This document shows positions 39,628-55,319 of a stretch of DNA of 64,000 nucleotides, in pieces. The DNA is taken from assembly GCA_047601445.1 (NCBI GenBank), contig JASGJH010000001.1, positions 3,232,001 through 3,296,000 of the forward strand. Reading direction: 5' to 3'. This DNA is from Myxococcales bacterium (lineage in GTDB: Bacteria; Myxococcota_A; Polyangia; Polyangiales; DASUME01). The notes below the pieces were generated by a model that was not told the DNA's origin, did no database searches, and was given only the letters and a program-made list of their open reading frames with translations. The translations under genes and the position numbers were made by a program. How positions within the stretch are numbered: position 1 is the stretch's first letter; the number at the start of each line of letters is the position of its first letter.

Positions 39628-40544
39628 CGCAAGCGCAACGCGACCAGGCCCTCGCCCGCCTTGGGCTTGGCGCCGCAGCTGGCCGGCGCGGGAGGAACCG
39701 CCACGCGCTCGAGTTCGACGAGGCACTCCGAGGAGGGCTCCTCACGCCGCCTGAAGCGCACGCGCCCGCCTGCCTCGAAGCGCTCTTCCCCTGCGAGCTC
39801 GAGCGCGTCGAGACGGCGCTCGCCGAGTCGTTCACGCAACTGCACCTCGGCGGCCTGAGCGGGGCCCGAGTAACACGTGCGACCGCGCACCTTGCCCAGC
39901 TCGAACATCTCCGCCGCCTGGTGGGCCGCATAGAGCCCGCCAGCGTCGTGCTCGGAGAGGCGCCCATAGGAAATGCCGTGGGGCAAGACGACCATCGTGG
40001 CCGCGAAGCGGTGTCCGCCCAGGTGCGTCGTCTGCCAAACGCGTTCGGGCGCGAGCTCGCGCAGGGCGTTGTAGAGCGGCATCCCGCGCAGCGCGCAGCA
40101 GCGATCGCGCTTGCCGTGGGTACACACCAGGTAGAGAGGCTCGCTGCTTTCTCGTGCGTCGTGCGGAGGGGTCCCGTGTTGCAACCAGGCTTCCAGCCCC
40201 AGGCTCGGCAACACACTCAAGTGCGGGAGCTCGAGGGAAAACAGCCGCCCCAACGACTCGTCGGTCTCGGCCAGAAACACCCTCACGCCGCCGCTCTTGG
40301 TGGCCTGATCGTGCCGTCGCACGAGCTGCACGCGCAAGCCCCGATGCAGCCTACCCAGCTCCTGTAAGTAGGCCGTCACGTCCGCGGGCAGCCCGCTGTC
40401 TTCGACCCCCTTGGGTCCCCAGGCCCCCGCCTGCTCCAGCACCAACCAGCGGCTGGTCTCGGCGGCCGCCGTGCCCGCCAGGGGTTCACCGACCTCGCGC
40501 GAAGCCTCGGCGCAAAACACATCCGATTCACTTGGGCCTGGCAT
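39624..40544 (-). CDS. Sucrase/ferredoxin-like protein
   Basis: LVCTHGKRDRCCA; WQTTHLGGHRFA; YGRL. Confidence 0.9.
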   Translation of the reverse strand: MPGPSESDVFCAEASREVGEPLAGTAAAETSRWLVLEQAGAWGPKGVEDSGLPADVTAYLQELGRLHRGLRVQLVRRHDQATKSGGVRVFLAETDESLGRLFSLELPHLSVLPSLGLEAWLQHGTPPHDARESSEPLYLVCTHGKRDRCCALRGMPLYNALRELAPERVWQTTHLGGHRFAATMVVLPHGISYGRLSEHDAGGLYAAHQAAEMFELGKVRGRTCYSGPAQAAEVQLRERLGERRLDALELAGEERFEAGGRVRFRRREEPSSECLVELERVAVPPAPASCGAKPKAGEGLVALRLR

Positions 40545-40573
40545 AACTCCTCGAACCTCTCCGCTGCGCGCGC

Positions 40574-41482
40574 CTAGCCGCGTCGAGCCTGCGCTCGGAT
40601 CACGCGACGTCGCCCAACGAGCACCGTTCCAAGCAACGCCAGCCAGGCCATGAGCCCGCGATTTCCCTGCGCATGGGGCGCAGCGCTGCAGTGCGAGTCA
40701 TCGCCGCCGCCGCTCGCGGGTGCCTGCGTGAATGCCTTGCCCGGCGGATAGATGTCACACAAGCCCTCGACGTCGTCCGGACTCAACGTGCGCTTGTCGA
40801 CCTGACCGGGACTCGCGTCACACCACATGGTGGCGGTCTCGCGCTCGCTGTGAGCCAGGCCGAAGTAGTGCCCTGCTTCGTGGGTTGCCACGTTCTGCAG
40901 GTCGGCCACCGCATCGAGCGCCCCGCACCCTTGGGGCGGGCACTCGCCGAAGTTCATGGCACCGTTGAAGTGCATGTCCGCGCCGATGATCTCGCCGCTG
41001 TCGTAGAACCAGAGGGAGGTCAGCGCGAAGGCACGCGGGTCGTAGCCGCGATCGATCCATTCGTCGCCGCTGAAGTACACGATGGCATTGTCGTTGGGCT
41101 CCTCGTCCTGAGGCCCGACCTCATCCGTCGTGGTGCCCGACTTGGCGGTCGCCTCGAGGCCCACGGAGACACGCCCCAGACCACCGTCCTCGGCCTTCAC
41201 GGGACATTCGACCGCCGTCCAGGTGTCGAACGAAGCTCCGATGATGCGCCGCACTGCGGCGTCGGTGAAGCCCACAAAGGGCCGCACGTTGAACGCGTAC
41301 TGGGTCTTTGCCACGGGCCAGTAGAGCGGCGTGCCGGTGGTGACGCAGGTGCCTGGACAACCCGCCGACTCGGGCGGCTGCTCGGCCGTGGTGGTGCGGC
41401 AGTAGGCGCCCGCCTGCGAGGCAGTCAGCAGCACGAATCCGGACAAGCCGAGCGGAAGGGGGAGAGCGCTGAAACGCGGCAT
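40574..41482 (-). CDS. Matrixin-family zinc metalloprotease with MYXO-CTERM tail
   Basis: HEAGHYFGLAH, Met-turn ATM, DDVEGLCDIYP; C-terminal Cys + TM + RRR. Confidence 0.9.
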   Translation of the reverse strand: MPRFSALPLPLGLSGFVLLTASQAGAYCRTTTAEQPPESAGCPGTCVTTGTPLYWPVAKTQYAFNVRPFVGFTDAAVRRIIGASFDTWTAVECPVKAEDGGLGRVSVGLEATAKSGTTTDEVGPQDEEPNDNAIVYFSGDEWIDRGYDPRAFALTSLWFYDSGEIIGADMHFNGAMNFGECPPQGCGALDAVADLQNVATHEAGHYFGLAHSERETATMWCDASPGQVDKRTLSPDDVEGLCDIYPPGKAFTQAPASGGGDDSHCSAAPHAQGNRGLMAWLALLGTVLVGRRRVIRAQARRG

Positions 41483-41749
41483 GTGGGCCCAAGCTTAGCC
41501 TGCCAAAAGGCCTACGTGCTAGTGCGGCCGAGCGATCCCAGAGGTATGGGTTTCGTGAGCTTTTTCTGGCTCTTCTGCGGGGTATCGAGGCGTCGTCGGC
41601 CGGCCGGAACCCCCACTGAACCGCAGCTCACCCCAGAGAACGCGGTGCGCCTCACCGACCTGTGGTTCGGAGCCGGACTCGACCGCGTGTCCGGCTCACC
41701 CTGAAATGGAGACGCTGCCGTCACCCTCGGCTCGACTCGATGGACGCAA

Positions 41750-42394
41750 TCAGAGCCCGATCACGATGCCCATCTGCCAGGTGACCTGGTTGAGCGAGAA
41801 GTCGACGTCGGCGTTGGTGTCCTCGATCTCGTGGCTGAAGTAGTGACCGGTCCAGCCGAACATCTCGAGGAACAGACCCGCGCGACGGGAGAACCACCAC
41901 TCGACGCCCGGCGTGAGCGAGGCGGCCACACCGACGGCACCGTTGCGGTAGGCATCGTCGAAGTCAGTGTTGAGCTTGCTGATGGTGGGACCGATGGTGA
42001 GCGCCAAGTAGAAGCGGAAGTCACGCCAGTCGTAGTGGCCGGTGATGCGCAGCAGAAGGTCGAATAGCAAGCTGCGATCTTCCCAGTCGTCGTCACTCTC
42101 CCAGGCGGCAAGGCGGAACATGCCGCCGATGCTGACGTACTTGTGGACGTCGTAATCCAGGTGCACGCGGAAGCCGGGCGTGAGCTTGAGATGGTCGTCG
42201 GGGGAGCCGCCGGGCCCAGGGAAATCCGCCTCGACCTGACCGGCGAAGTCGAGCACGGCGCCGAACCCCAGGCGAAGGTCATCCCCACCTTGTTGCGCCG
42301 AGGCCAACGCGGGCACGCCAGACGCGAGCGCCACCACGAAAACCAGAGCCAAGGAACGAAGCGCGCTCCGCTGCGCGCGTGTCAAGCGACCCAT
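41750..42394 (-). CDS. Outer-membrane beta-barrel protein
   Basis: Signal peptide ending ASA; alternating aromatic beta-strands; C-terminal WQMGIVIGL. Confidence 0.75.
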   Translation of the reverse strand: MGRLTRAQRSALRSLALVFVVALASGVPALASAQQGGDDLRLGFGAVLDFAGQVEADFPGPGGSPDDHLKLTPGFRVHLDYDVHKYVSIGGMFRLAAWESDDDWEDRSLLFDLLLRITGHYDWRDFRFYLALTIGPTISKLNTDFDDAYRNGAVGVAASLTPGVEWWFSRRAGLFLEMFGWTGHYFSHEIEDTNADVDFSLNQVTWQMGIVIGL

Positions 42395-42520
42395 CACGTA
42401 TCGACCTCCGTAAGGAATGGCTGAGTCGTAGCCTCTGGGCCGGACACGTGCATCTCGAGAACGTTGCTCGTGAAATTGTGCAACGCGCGTGGCCTCGGCA
42501 TCGATGGTATGCACCTCTGC

Positions 42521-44596
<2,076 letters not shown>

Positions 44597-44686
44597 CGCG
44601 AGCCTGGTCTTCCGCTTGAACAAGCCGGCTAATTGGGCTCGCGCCGCCCGAGGGCGCGCTTCGACTTTCGAAAGGTTGTTCCTCGT

Positions 44687-45676
44687 ATGACCCAGGGCCT
44701 CGACGTAGCCGGCATCGGCAACGCCATTGTCGACGTGATTTCCCACGCGGACGACGCGCAGCTCGCGCGGCTCGGCCTGCCGAAAGGGGCCATGACCCTG
44801 ATCGATGCTGCCCGCGCCAACGAGCTCTACGCGCAGCTTGGACCCGGCGTCGAAGCCAGCGGCGGGTCGGTCGCCAACAGCATGGCAGGCATTGCCTCGC
44901 TGGGCGGCCGGGCTGGCTACATCGGCAAGGTGCGCGCGGATCAGCTCGGCGAGGTCTTCGCCCATGACATCCGCGCGGCCGGCGTGGAGTTCCCGAGCAC
45001 GCCCGCCCGCAACGGCGCCGACACCGCGCGCTGCCTGATCCTGGTGACCCCGGACGGTCAGCGCACCATGAACACGTACCTGGGTGCTTGCGTGGAGCTC
45101 GGGCCCGAGGACATCGACGAGAGCTTGATCGCGCGAGCCCAGGTGACCTACCTCGAGGGCTACCTGTGGGATCCGCCGCGCGCCAAGGAGGCCATGCTCA
45201 AGGCCTCCAACCTGGCTCACAAGCACGACCGCAAGGTGGCGCTGTCCCTCTCCGACCCGTTCTGCGTCGGCCGCCACCGCGCCGAGTTCCAGCGCCTGCT
45301 GGACGATCACGTAGACATCCTGTTCGCCAACGAGAGCGAAGCCCAGTCGCTGGCCGAGACGGAGAACTTCGAAGACGCGGTGCGGGCCATCCAGGGGCGC
45401 GCGGACCTCTGCGTGATCACGCGCGGCGCCTCGGGGGCCCTGGTGCTCACCAGGGACGCACGCTTCACCGTGCCCGCCGAGAAGGTGAGCAAGGTCGTGG
45501 ACACCACCGGCGCCGGAGACCTCTTCGCAGCCGGCTTCTTGTTCGGCGTGACGCACGGGCGCTCGCCGCAGGACGCCCTGCGCATCGGGGCCATCTGCGC
45601 GGCCGAGGTGATCAGCCACTATGGCGCGCGCCCCGAGTGCAAGCTCGCCGACTTGGTGCGCGAAAAGGGCCTGTAG
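44687..45676 (+). CDS. PfkB-family carbohydrate/adenosine kinase
   Basis: GNAIVD, GGSVAN, QRTMNTYLG, DTTGAGD. Confidence 0.93.
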   Translation: MTQGLDVAGIGNAIVDVISHADDAQLARLGLPKGAMTLIDAARANELYAQLGPGVEASGGSVANSMAGIASLGGRAGYIGKVRADQLGEVFAHDIRAAGVEFPSTPARNGADTARCLILVTPDGQRTMNTYLGACVELGPEDIDESLIARAQVTYLEGYLWDPPRAKEAMLKASNLAHKHDRKVALSLSDPFCVGRHRAEFQRLLDDHVDILFANESEAQSLAETENFEDAVRAIQGRADLCVITRGASGALVLTRDARFTVPAEKVSKVVDTTGAGDLFAAGFLFGVTHGRSPQDALRIGAICAAEVISHYGARPECKLADLVREKGL

Positions 45677-45762
45677 GTCCCCGGCCCGCGTTCGCGGTCA
45701 CCGCTCCGTCGGACATCCGGGCGCACTCCCCGAACGCTGCGCGGTCACCCCGCGGGGTTGCC

Positions 45763-46200
45763 TCATTTCATCGCTGCGGCTTCACCCGCTAGCTTGGCGC
45801 CTGGCTCGATGCAGATGAGTCGCACGCGCCCGGTGGCCACCAGCTCGCCTTCGAGATTCACGATGTTGGCCTCCCAGAGCTGCGTGCGGCGTCCCCGCAC
45901 CAGCGCCCGCGCGGTGGCCCGCAGGGTGCCCGCGCGCTGCGCCTTGAGGAAGCTGGTGTGATTGTCCACGCCCACGACCATCATGCCGCCCGAGGCCAGG
46001 TGCCCGCCCACCGAGCAAACCGTCTCCACCATCGCGCAGTAAACCCCGCCGTGCACGATGCCCATCGGCTGATGGTGTTGCGGCGAAATCGGGAGCTCGG
46101 CGACGACTTCGTTCGCATCCGCGCTCAGGAACTTCAGATTGAGGGCCTGATTGAACCCGCCGGGGGCAGGCAACTGGGGGTCGCTCTCGGAATTGGCCAT
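45763..46200 (-). CDS. PaaI family thioesterase
   Basis: HQPMGIVHGG hot-dog fold motif. Confidence 0.92.
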   Translation of the reverse strand: MANSESDPQLPAPGGFNQALNLKFLSADANEVVAELPISPQHHQPMGIVHGGVYCAMVETVCSVGGHLASGGMMVVGVDNHTSFLKAQRAGTLRATARALVRGRRTQLWEANIVNLEGELVATGRVRLICIEPGAKLAGEAAAMK

Positions 46201-46301
46201 GGAAATCACTCCTTACACGCGATTCTCGCATGTGATCTGCCCCACAGTCGACTGGGGCACGCGTGAGCGCACACAACTTTTTTCGGGCCGCTTGAGGCGC
46301 T

Positions 46302-46700
46302 TCATTCGCTCACAAATGGGAGCATCAAGTCGGGGCAAGGCCACTGTTCAATGGGGGGCAAGCGCTTGACGTCGATCCACCTTGGCTCGCTTTCGCTCAG
46401 GCCGAGTGAGCGATGGAAATCCTCCATCGAACGTTGGAGCGCGGGCGACAGCGCGCCTAGCGTCGCGAGTTTGTCGCGCGCCTTCAACCACGTGCGCACC
46501 GAGGCCCGCGCTCTGCCTTGCGCGAGCTGGTGATGGGAAGCGGCTAGCTGCGCCAACGCGTGAAAGTACGTGCGCTCGCTCGAGCTCGCCTCGCGCCATG
46601 CGGCTTCGAAGCATTCGTGAGCGTGCATGAACGCGCCCTCTCGAAGCATGGCTAAGCCGCGCATGATCACGCTTATCGTCTCGTCGTCGAATCCCACCAT
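46302..46700 (-). CDS. DUF309 family protein
   Basis: AHECFEAAW and ALAQLAASHH motifs. Confidence 0.8.
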   Translation of the reverse strand: MVGFDDETISVIMRGLAMLREGAFMHAHECFEAAWREASSSERTYFHALAQLAASHHQLAQGRARASVRTWLKARDKLATLGALSPALQRSMEDFHRSLGLSESEPRWIDVKRLPPIEQWPCPDLMLPFVSE

Positions 46701-46755
46701 CGGCGTCTCTTTTTGCGAGCAGGCCCACCAGATTTTTCGGCGCTAAGCCGAACTC

Positions 46756-47409
46756 ATGAGTGAATCGTCATCAGCGCACGGTGAGGTACCACCTTTGAAA
46801 AAAGGGGACCATTATCACCATCCCGATCTGCGCGAAGCGATGATTCGTGTCGCGCAAGAACTGCTCGAGTCGGAAGGCCCTAGTGGCTGGACGGTGAGAG
46901 CAGCAGCTCGCATCGCAGGGGTATCGTCAGGGGCGCCTTACCGGCACTTCGCTGACAAGGATACGCTGCTTGCGGCGGTTGCAGCGCGCGGCTTCGATGA
47001 GTTGCTCGCGGAGGTTCAATCCAAGCTCGAGAAGGTCGACGGTACCCCCGGCGCCCGGCTCGAAGCGGCGGCCGAGGCCTACCTCACATTCGCTCTTTCC
47101 AGACCAGGGCGATATCAAGTGATGTTTGGCCGCGAGATCGCAAACCGTAAACTGCATCCAGGCCTATGCGAGGCGGCTGACCGCGCACTCGAAGCCATGG
47201 CCAACGAGGTGCAACGAGCGCAGAACGCAGGCTTCCTGCGCAGCGACCGCTCGGCGCAATTGATTGCCGCCGGGGCCTGGTCCGTGTTGCACGGGCTGTC
47301 TGACCTCTTGCTGAGCGGAAGGCTCGGCGAGGAAGGACAGGGCGATCCCATGGCACTCACCCGGACGATAGGCCGGATGGTGTTCCAGGGCGTCGCCGCT
47401 CGCTCCTAG
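46756..47409 (+). CDS. TetR/AcrR family regulator
   Basis: YHHPDLR, AGVSSGAPYRHFADK, WSVLHG. Confidence 0.93.
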   Translation: MSESSSAHGEVPPLKKGDHYHHPDLREAMIRVAQELLESEGPSGWTVRAAARIAGVSSGAPYRHFADKDTLLAAVAARGFDELLAEVQSKLEKVDGTPGARLEAAAEAYLTFALSRPGRYQVMFGREIANRKLHPGLCEAADRALEAMANEVQRAQNAGFLRSDRSAQLIAAGAWSVLHGLSDLLLSGRLGEEGQGDPMALTRTIGRMVFQGVAARS

Positions 47410-47423
47410 TCCCCGCATCCCCG

Positions 47424-47451
47424 CGCGGGAAGGGGCTTGCCCCTTCCCGCG
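47424..47451. terminator. Perfect GC hairpin after the TetR gene
   Basis: CGCGGGAAGGGG-CTTG-CCCCTTCCCGCG; no U-tract. Confidence 0.55.
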
Positions 47452-47526
47452 GCGGCGGTGCTCTAAGCTCCACGATGCCGCCTGTCACGCGTGGTTCTGA
47501 TCCGAACGCTTCGTGCCTGCGCGCGC

Positions 47527-47605
47527 GTGTGCGAAATGAACCTCGCAGAGGCGTGGTTCCCGGCGCGGCGTTGCCGCGGGCGAACGGGTCGCGTGCCCTG
47601 CCCGT
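47527..47605 (+). repeat. Degenerate full-length copy of the ~82-bp element
   Basis: GTGTGCGAAATGAACCTCGCAG...CCCGG-CGCGGC-GTT-GCCGCG...GGTCGCGTGCCCTGCCCGT is colinear with 28959-29040. Confidence 0.7.
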
Positions 47606-47624
47606 GAAAAGCTATAACGCGCCC

Positions 47625-48110
47625 ATGCGCCCTGCCCTGCACTTGCTCTCGCTCTCATACTGTCTGCTCACGCTCGTCGCTTGCGCCAAGCCGCAGGCGT
47701 GTCCGGCGCAGGCCGTGCACACCAATACGCCGCCACCCTTTGTCGCCAAGATTCCGGCGGAGGTACGTCCCGCCGAGTCCGCTCCCAAGAAGGTTTCCCC
47801 CAGCGGCAAGACCACCATCACGCTACTCGCCGAGGGCCACAACGCCTTCGTGGGCAAGCTCGAGCTCGCGCCCAACGCCGCCGTGCCCGAGCACCAGGAC
47901 CCCACGGAAGAGTACATCCACGTGCTGTCCGGTCATGCGCAGATGGTCATGGATGGAACCAGCTACGAGGTCGCGCCCGGCACCACCATCTACATGCCTG
48001 CCCACGCCACCGTGAGCGTTCAGAACGGGCCCGAGCCACTCGTTGGTTTGCAGGTGTTCGCGGGTCCCGCGCCCGCCCGCAAGTACGACGGCTGGAACAA
48101 GGTCGAGTAG
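47625..48110 (+). CDS. Cupin-domain lipoprotein
   Basis: LVAC lipobox; PEHQDPTEEYIHVLSG; PGTTIYMP. Confidence 0.85.
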   Translation: MRPALHLLSLSYCLLTLVACAKPQACPAQAVHTNTPPPFVAKIPAEVRPAESAPKKVSPSGKTTITLLAEGHNAFVGKLELAPNAAVPEHQDPTEEYIHVLSGHAQMVMDGTSYEVAPGTTIYMPAHATVSVQNGPEPLVGLQVFAGPAPARKYDGWNKVE

Positions 48111-48118
48111 TCGCAGCT

Positions 48119-50821
<2,703 letters not shown>

Positions 50822-50906
50822 ATTGGGTGCAAAAGCGCGTCCCGCGAGCGTCGAATTGCGTAAGCCACCGACACGCGTCAGAAACGTCGGAGCGAGAGGT
50901 GTTGTG

Positions 50907-52016
50907 ATGAAGCGCGTGGGTATCGTGGGTTGGCGAGGCATGGTCGGTTCCGTGCTGATGGATCGCATGCGAGAAGAGAACGATTTCGCGGTGATCGACC
51001 CGGTGTTCTTCTCGACTTCCCAGGCGGGCGGCAAGGGCCCGGACGTGGGCAAGGACACGCCTCCCCTGGCCGACGCCTTCGATATCGACGCCCTCAAGTC
51101 CCTCGATGTGATCATCTCTTGCCAGGGCGGTGATTACACCAGCGAGGTCCACCCCAAGCTCCGTAAGGCGGGCTTCAAGGGCTACTGGATCGACGCCGCC
51201 TCCACCCTGCGTATGCATGAACAGGCCGTGATCGTGCTGGATCCGGTCAACCGCGACGTCATCGACGCGGGCATCAAGGCGGGTCTCAAGGACTACATCG
51301 GTGGCAACTGCACGGTGAGCCTGATGCTGATGGGCCTGGTCGGCTTGTTCCGCCAGGGCTGGGTCGAATGGGTGAGCTCCATGACCTACCAGGCTGCCTC
51401 GGGCGCCGGCGCCAAGCAGATGCGCGAGCTCCTGCTGCAGATGCGATCGCTGGCCGCCGCGGGCGGTGCCGCCCTCGACAACCCGGCCGCCGAGATCCTG
51501 CAGATCGAGCGCGACGTCACGGCCGCCATGCGCGGCGCGAACCTCGAGACGTCTCAGCTGGGCGCGCCCCTCGCGGGCAGCCTGCTCGCCTGGATCGACA
51601 AGCCCGTGGACGGCGGTGGCACGCGCGAGGAGTGGAAGGGCTTCGTGGAGGCCAACAAGATCCTCGGCACCAAGAAGCCGATCCCGATCGATGGTCTGTG
51701 CGTGCGCGTCGGCGCCCTGCGCTGCCACTCGCAGGCGCTCACCATCAAGCTCAACAAGGACGTGCCCGTCGACGAGATCGAGGCCGCCATCCGCGAGTCC
51801 AACGACTGGGCGCGCGTGGTCGAGAACAGCAAGGAAGCCACCTTCCGCGAGCTCACGCCCACCGCCGTGACCGGCAAGCTGCACGTGCCCGTCGGCCGTA
51901 TCCACAAGCTGCGCATGGGCCCCGACTACGTCGGAGCCTTCACGGTCGGCGATCAGCTCCTGTGGGGCGCCGCCGAGCCCCTGCGCCGCACGCTGCGCAT
52001 CATCCTCGAGAGCTGA
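50907..52016 (+). CDS. asd: Aspartate-semialdehyde dehydrogenase
   Basis: [45 protein letters not shown]. Confidence 0.97.
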   Translation: MKRVGIVGWRGMVGSVLMDRMREENDFAVIDPVFFSTSQAGGKGPDVGKDTPPLADAFDIDALKSLDVIISCQGGDYTSEVHPKLRKAGFKGYWIDAASTLRMHEQAVIVLDPVNRDVIDAGIKAGLKDYIGGNCTVSLMLMGLVGLFRQGWVEWVSSMTYQAASGAGAKQMRELLLQMRSLAAAGGAALDNPAAEILQIERDVTAAMRGANLETSQLGAPLAGSLLAWIDKPVDGGGTREEWKGFVEANKILGTKKPIPIDGLCVRVGALRCHSQALTIKLNKDVPVDEIEAAIRESNDWARVVENSKEATFRELTPTAVTGKLHVPVGRIHKLRMGPDYVGAFTVGDQLLWGAAEPLRRTLRIILES

Positions 52017-52030
52017 GGGCGGTTTCTAGA

Positions 52031-52113
52031 ACGGGGAGGTCACGCGACCTCCCCGCCCGTCGCGGCAAAAGCCGCGAGGAGGCCCACCCCACCGCGAGGT
52101 TCGCTTCGCTCAC
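52031..52113 (-). repeat. Full-length ~82-bp element, inverted orientation
   Basis: Reverse complement nearly identical to 28959-29040. Confidence 0.9.
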
Positions 52114-52131
52114 GGCGACGGGGCCCTGCGG

Positions 52132-53004
52132 TCAGTAGCTCTCGCAGACGTAGGCGAGCGTGGTGTCGCTCTTGTCGCAGAAAGCGTCGTTCCAGTTGCC
52201 GCTGGCCAGGATCTCGCCGCAGTCCTCGTAGGTGCAGAAGAGCGGGACGCCAGGAATCGGGATCGCACACGAGTCGTCGTTGTTGGGCTCGTTGCTGTTC
52301 CACGGCGCGAAGGTCGCAGCCGCACCATCGTCTCCACCACCGGGCACGATCCAGTGGAAGGGATCCGTGCCCTTGTTCATGAGGCCGATCCACTGCGGGT
52401 TAGCACCCTTGACGAAGTCGTTCTCCGACTGGTCCGCGATCACCACGAGGTCGAGCCCGAAGTTCTTGCACGCCGCGCGCGCGTCGGTCCATTTGCGCTT
52501 GGTGGAGCAGAACAGGTAGTCGTGTCCATCGCGCTGCTTGTAGGTGCAGTTGTTGTCGGGCGAGCCGCAGGTTCCGCCCGTGCACGCGGCGTTGCCAGGG
52601 CACTTGTGGTTGCACACGCCGCAGTGAGCGGAAGACGTCGCGACGTCCACGCAGCTGGCACCGCACTGCATCTGCGAGCCCGTGCAGCCCGCCATGGGCC
52701 CCGCATCCGACTCGGGCTGCGCGGCATCGGGTTCGTGGGTTTGGCCCGCGTCGTGAGGAGTCCCGCTGTCGCGCGGATTCTTCGGCGCATCACCGTCACC
52801 GTCGCCCTCGTCGCCGGGCGCTTCCTCTTCGGGCTCCTCCTCGGAGACGAACCCCCCATCCTTGGTGATCGGTGACGGCGGCGGCACGCTGTACTGCGGC
52901 CGATTTTCCAGATTTGGCTGCGCGCACGCGCCCGCGAGTGCGAGCAACGCAACCACGCCCGACGCGCCCAGCCGCGCGCGAGCCAGACCCGAACTGACAG
53001 GCAT
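52132..53004 (-). CDS. Lipoprotein with Cys-rich repeat and C-type lectin domain
   Basis: GAC lipobox; CVDVATSSAHCGVC; WTDARAAC, WIGL, EPN, WND motifs. Confidence 0.88.
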   Translation of the reverse strand: MPVSSGLARARLGASGVVALLALAGACAQPNLENRPQYSVPPPSPITKDGGFVSEEEPEEEAPGDEGDGDGDAPKNPRDSGTPHDAGQTHEPDAAQPESDAGPMAGCTGSQMQCGASCVDVATSSAHCGVCNHKCPGNAACTGGTCGSPDNNCTYKQRDGHDYLFCSTKRKWTDARAACKNFGLDLVVIADQSENDFVKGANPQWIGLMNKGTDPFHWIVPGGGDDGAAATFAPWNSNEPNNDDSCAIPIPGVPLFCTYEDCGEILASGNWNDAFCDKSDTTLAYVCESY

Positions 53005-53130
53005 TACCCTCAGCAAGAGCAGACCTCCCCAAGAACCAGCCGCCTGCATTTATCCTAGGAGCCAGTGGTTTCCGAAGGGAAAAGACTCAATTCGTTACCC
53101 TTGGAAATCTACACGCCCCTATTTTGCAGA

Positions 53131-54195
<1,065 letters not shown>

Positions 54196-54199
<4 letters not shown>

Positions 54200-54753
54200 T
54201 TTTTCCAGGGGCGAAAGATGCCGAAGTACTCGCGGGGCCCGACCGTTCCAACGGCAGGTCCCGCGTCCTGCGCGCCCGCGTCCGCGTCCGAGTCGATGGC
54301 GCAAGGCTGCGTGCTGTCTCCCGTGCGGCCGATCACGCGCACCTCGACTTTCTTCTCGTCGAGCAAGGAGACCACCACGAAGACGTCGCGATCTGCCAAG
54401 GGCCCGCTGTCGGGTCGCGCCAGCATGATGTAGTTGCGCAAGCGCTGCGGACCCGGGAAGTCGAATTGGCTGAGGTAGTCGTCCGCGAGCTTGCGCACGG
54501 GCTCGAGCCGAGTGTGATTGAACGTGCCGTCGTTGGTCGTCAGCCAGTTCGGCGCACCGCCCGCGTCGATCTCCACGTCGCCCGTGGCATAGGCGGGGTC
54601 GAAGCTCACGGTGGCCTCGGTGGTGGCCGCGAAACAGCTGCGCACGAAGTTGCCCTTCACGATCGCGAGCTTGAACTCGCCGCGAAATGCGGAGAGGTCA
54701 TCGCAACCCGTGGCGAGAGCGAGGGCCAGGTACAGCGGTCCGAAACGGCGCAC
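54196..54753 (-). CDS. Hypothetical lipoprotein, translationally coupled to tsaD
   Basis: MRRFGPLYLALALATGC signal; stop overlaps the tsaD ATG (ATGA). Confidence 0.75.
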
Positions 54754-54856
54754 GGGGCCCACCATAGCACCGGCCGGTCGCGGGGCGGCTCAGGGGGCGT
54801 CTGGAGCCTGGGAGGGTCGCATGGGGGCCCGTACGCGACCGAGGGGACCGCCCGAC

Positions 54857-55171
54857 CTAGGCCGTCAGCTTGAGGCCCACCAGGGCGCCCAGCAGCAAGA
54901 GGAGGCACAGGAGCCGTGGCGGGGTCAGAGCTTCTTGGAACAGCACGCTCCCGGCCAGCGCCGCACCCAGGGCGCCGATACCGGTCCAGACCGCGTAGGC
55001 CGTCCCGATGGGAATGCCACGCACCGCCACCGAGAGCAGCCACAGACTCGCGGCCACGGCCAGCAACGTGATCAACGTGGGCAGCGGGCGCGAAAAACCC
55101 GCCGTGTACTTGAGCCCAACGGCCCATGCGACTTCGAGCAGACCCGCCAGCAACAGGTAGAGCCAAGACAT
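54857..55171 (-). CDS. gdx: SMR-family guanidinium exporter Gdx (SugE)
   Basis: WLYLLLAGLLEVAWAVGLK, GTAYAVWTGIG; 104 aa; riboswitch upstream. Confidence 0.9.
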   Translation of the reverse strand: MSWLYLLLAGLLEVAWAVGLKYTAGFSRPLPTLITLLAVAASLWLLSVAVRGIPIGTAYAVWTGIGALGAALAGSVLFQEALTPPRLLCLLLLLGALVGLKLTA

Positions 55172-55185
55172 CGGCGACCTCCGCT

Positions 55186-55226
55186 GCGTCGTCTTGTCCT
55201 GACCGGGTACGGCGCGTCTCGTCCGG
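55186..55226 (-). ncRNA. Guanidine-III (ykkC-III) riboswitch
   Basis: Minus strand CCGGACGAGACGCGCCGTACCCGGTCAGGACAAGACGACGC, immediately before SD GGAGG of gdx. Confidence 0.9.
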
Positions 55227-55319
55227 GCTCGCTGCACGAGCACTCGCTATGGTTCGTTCACTCTAGACCGGTTGGGGCCGAGGGCAAACGTGAGCGGCGC
55301 TCGTGCAGGTCGAGCTCGC

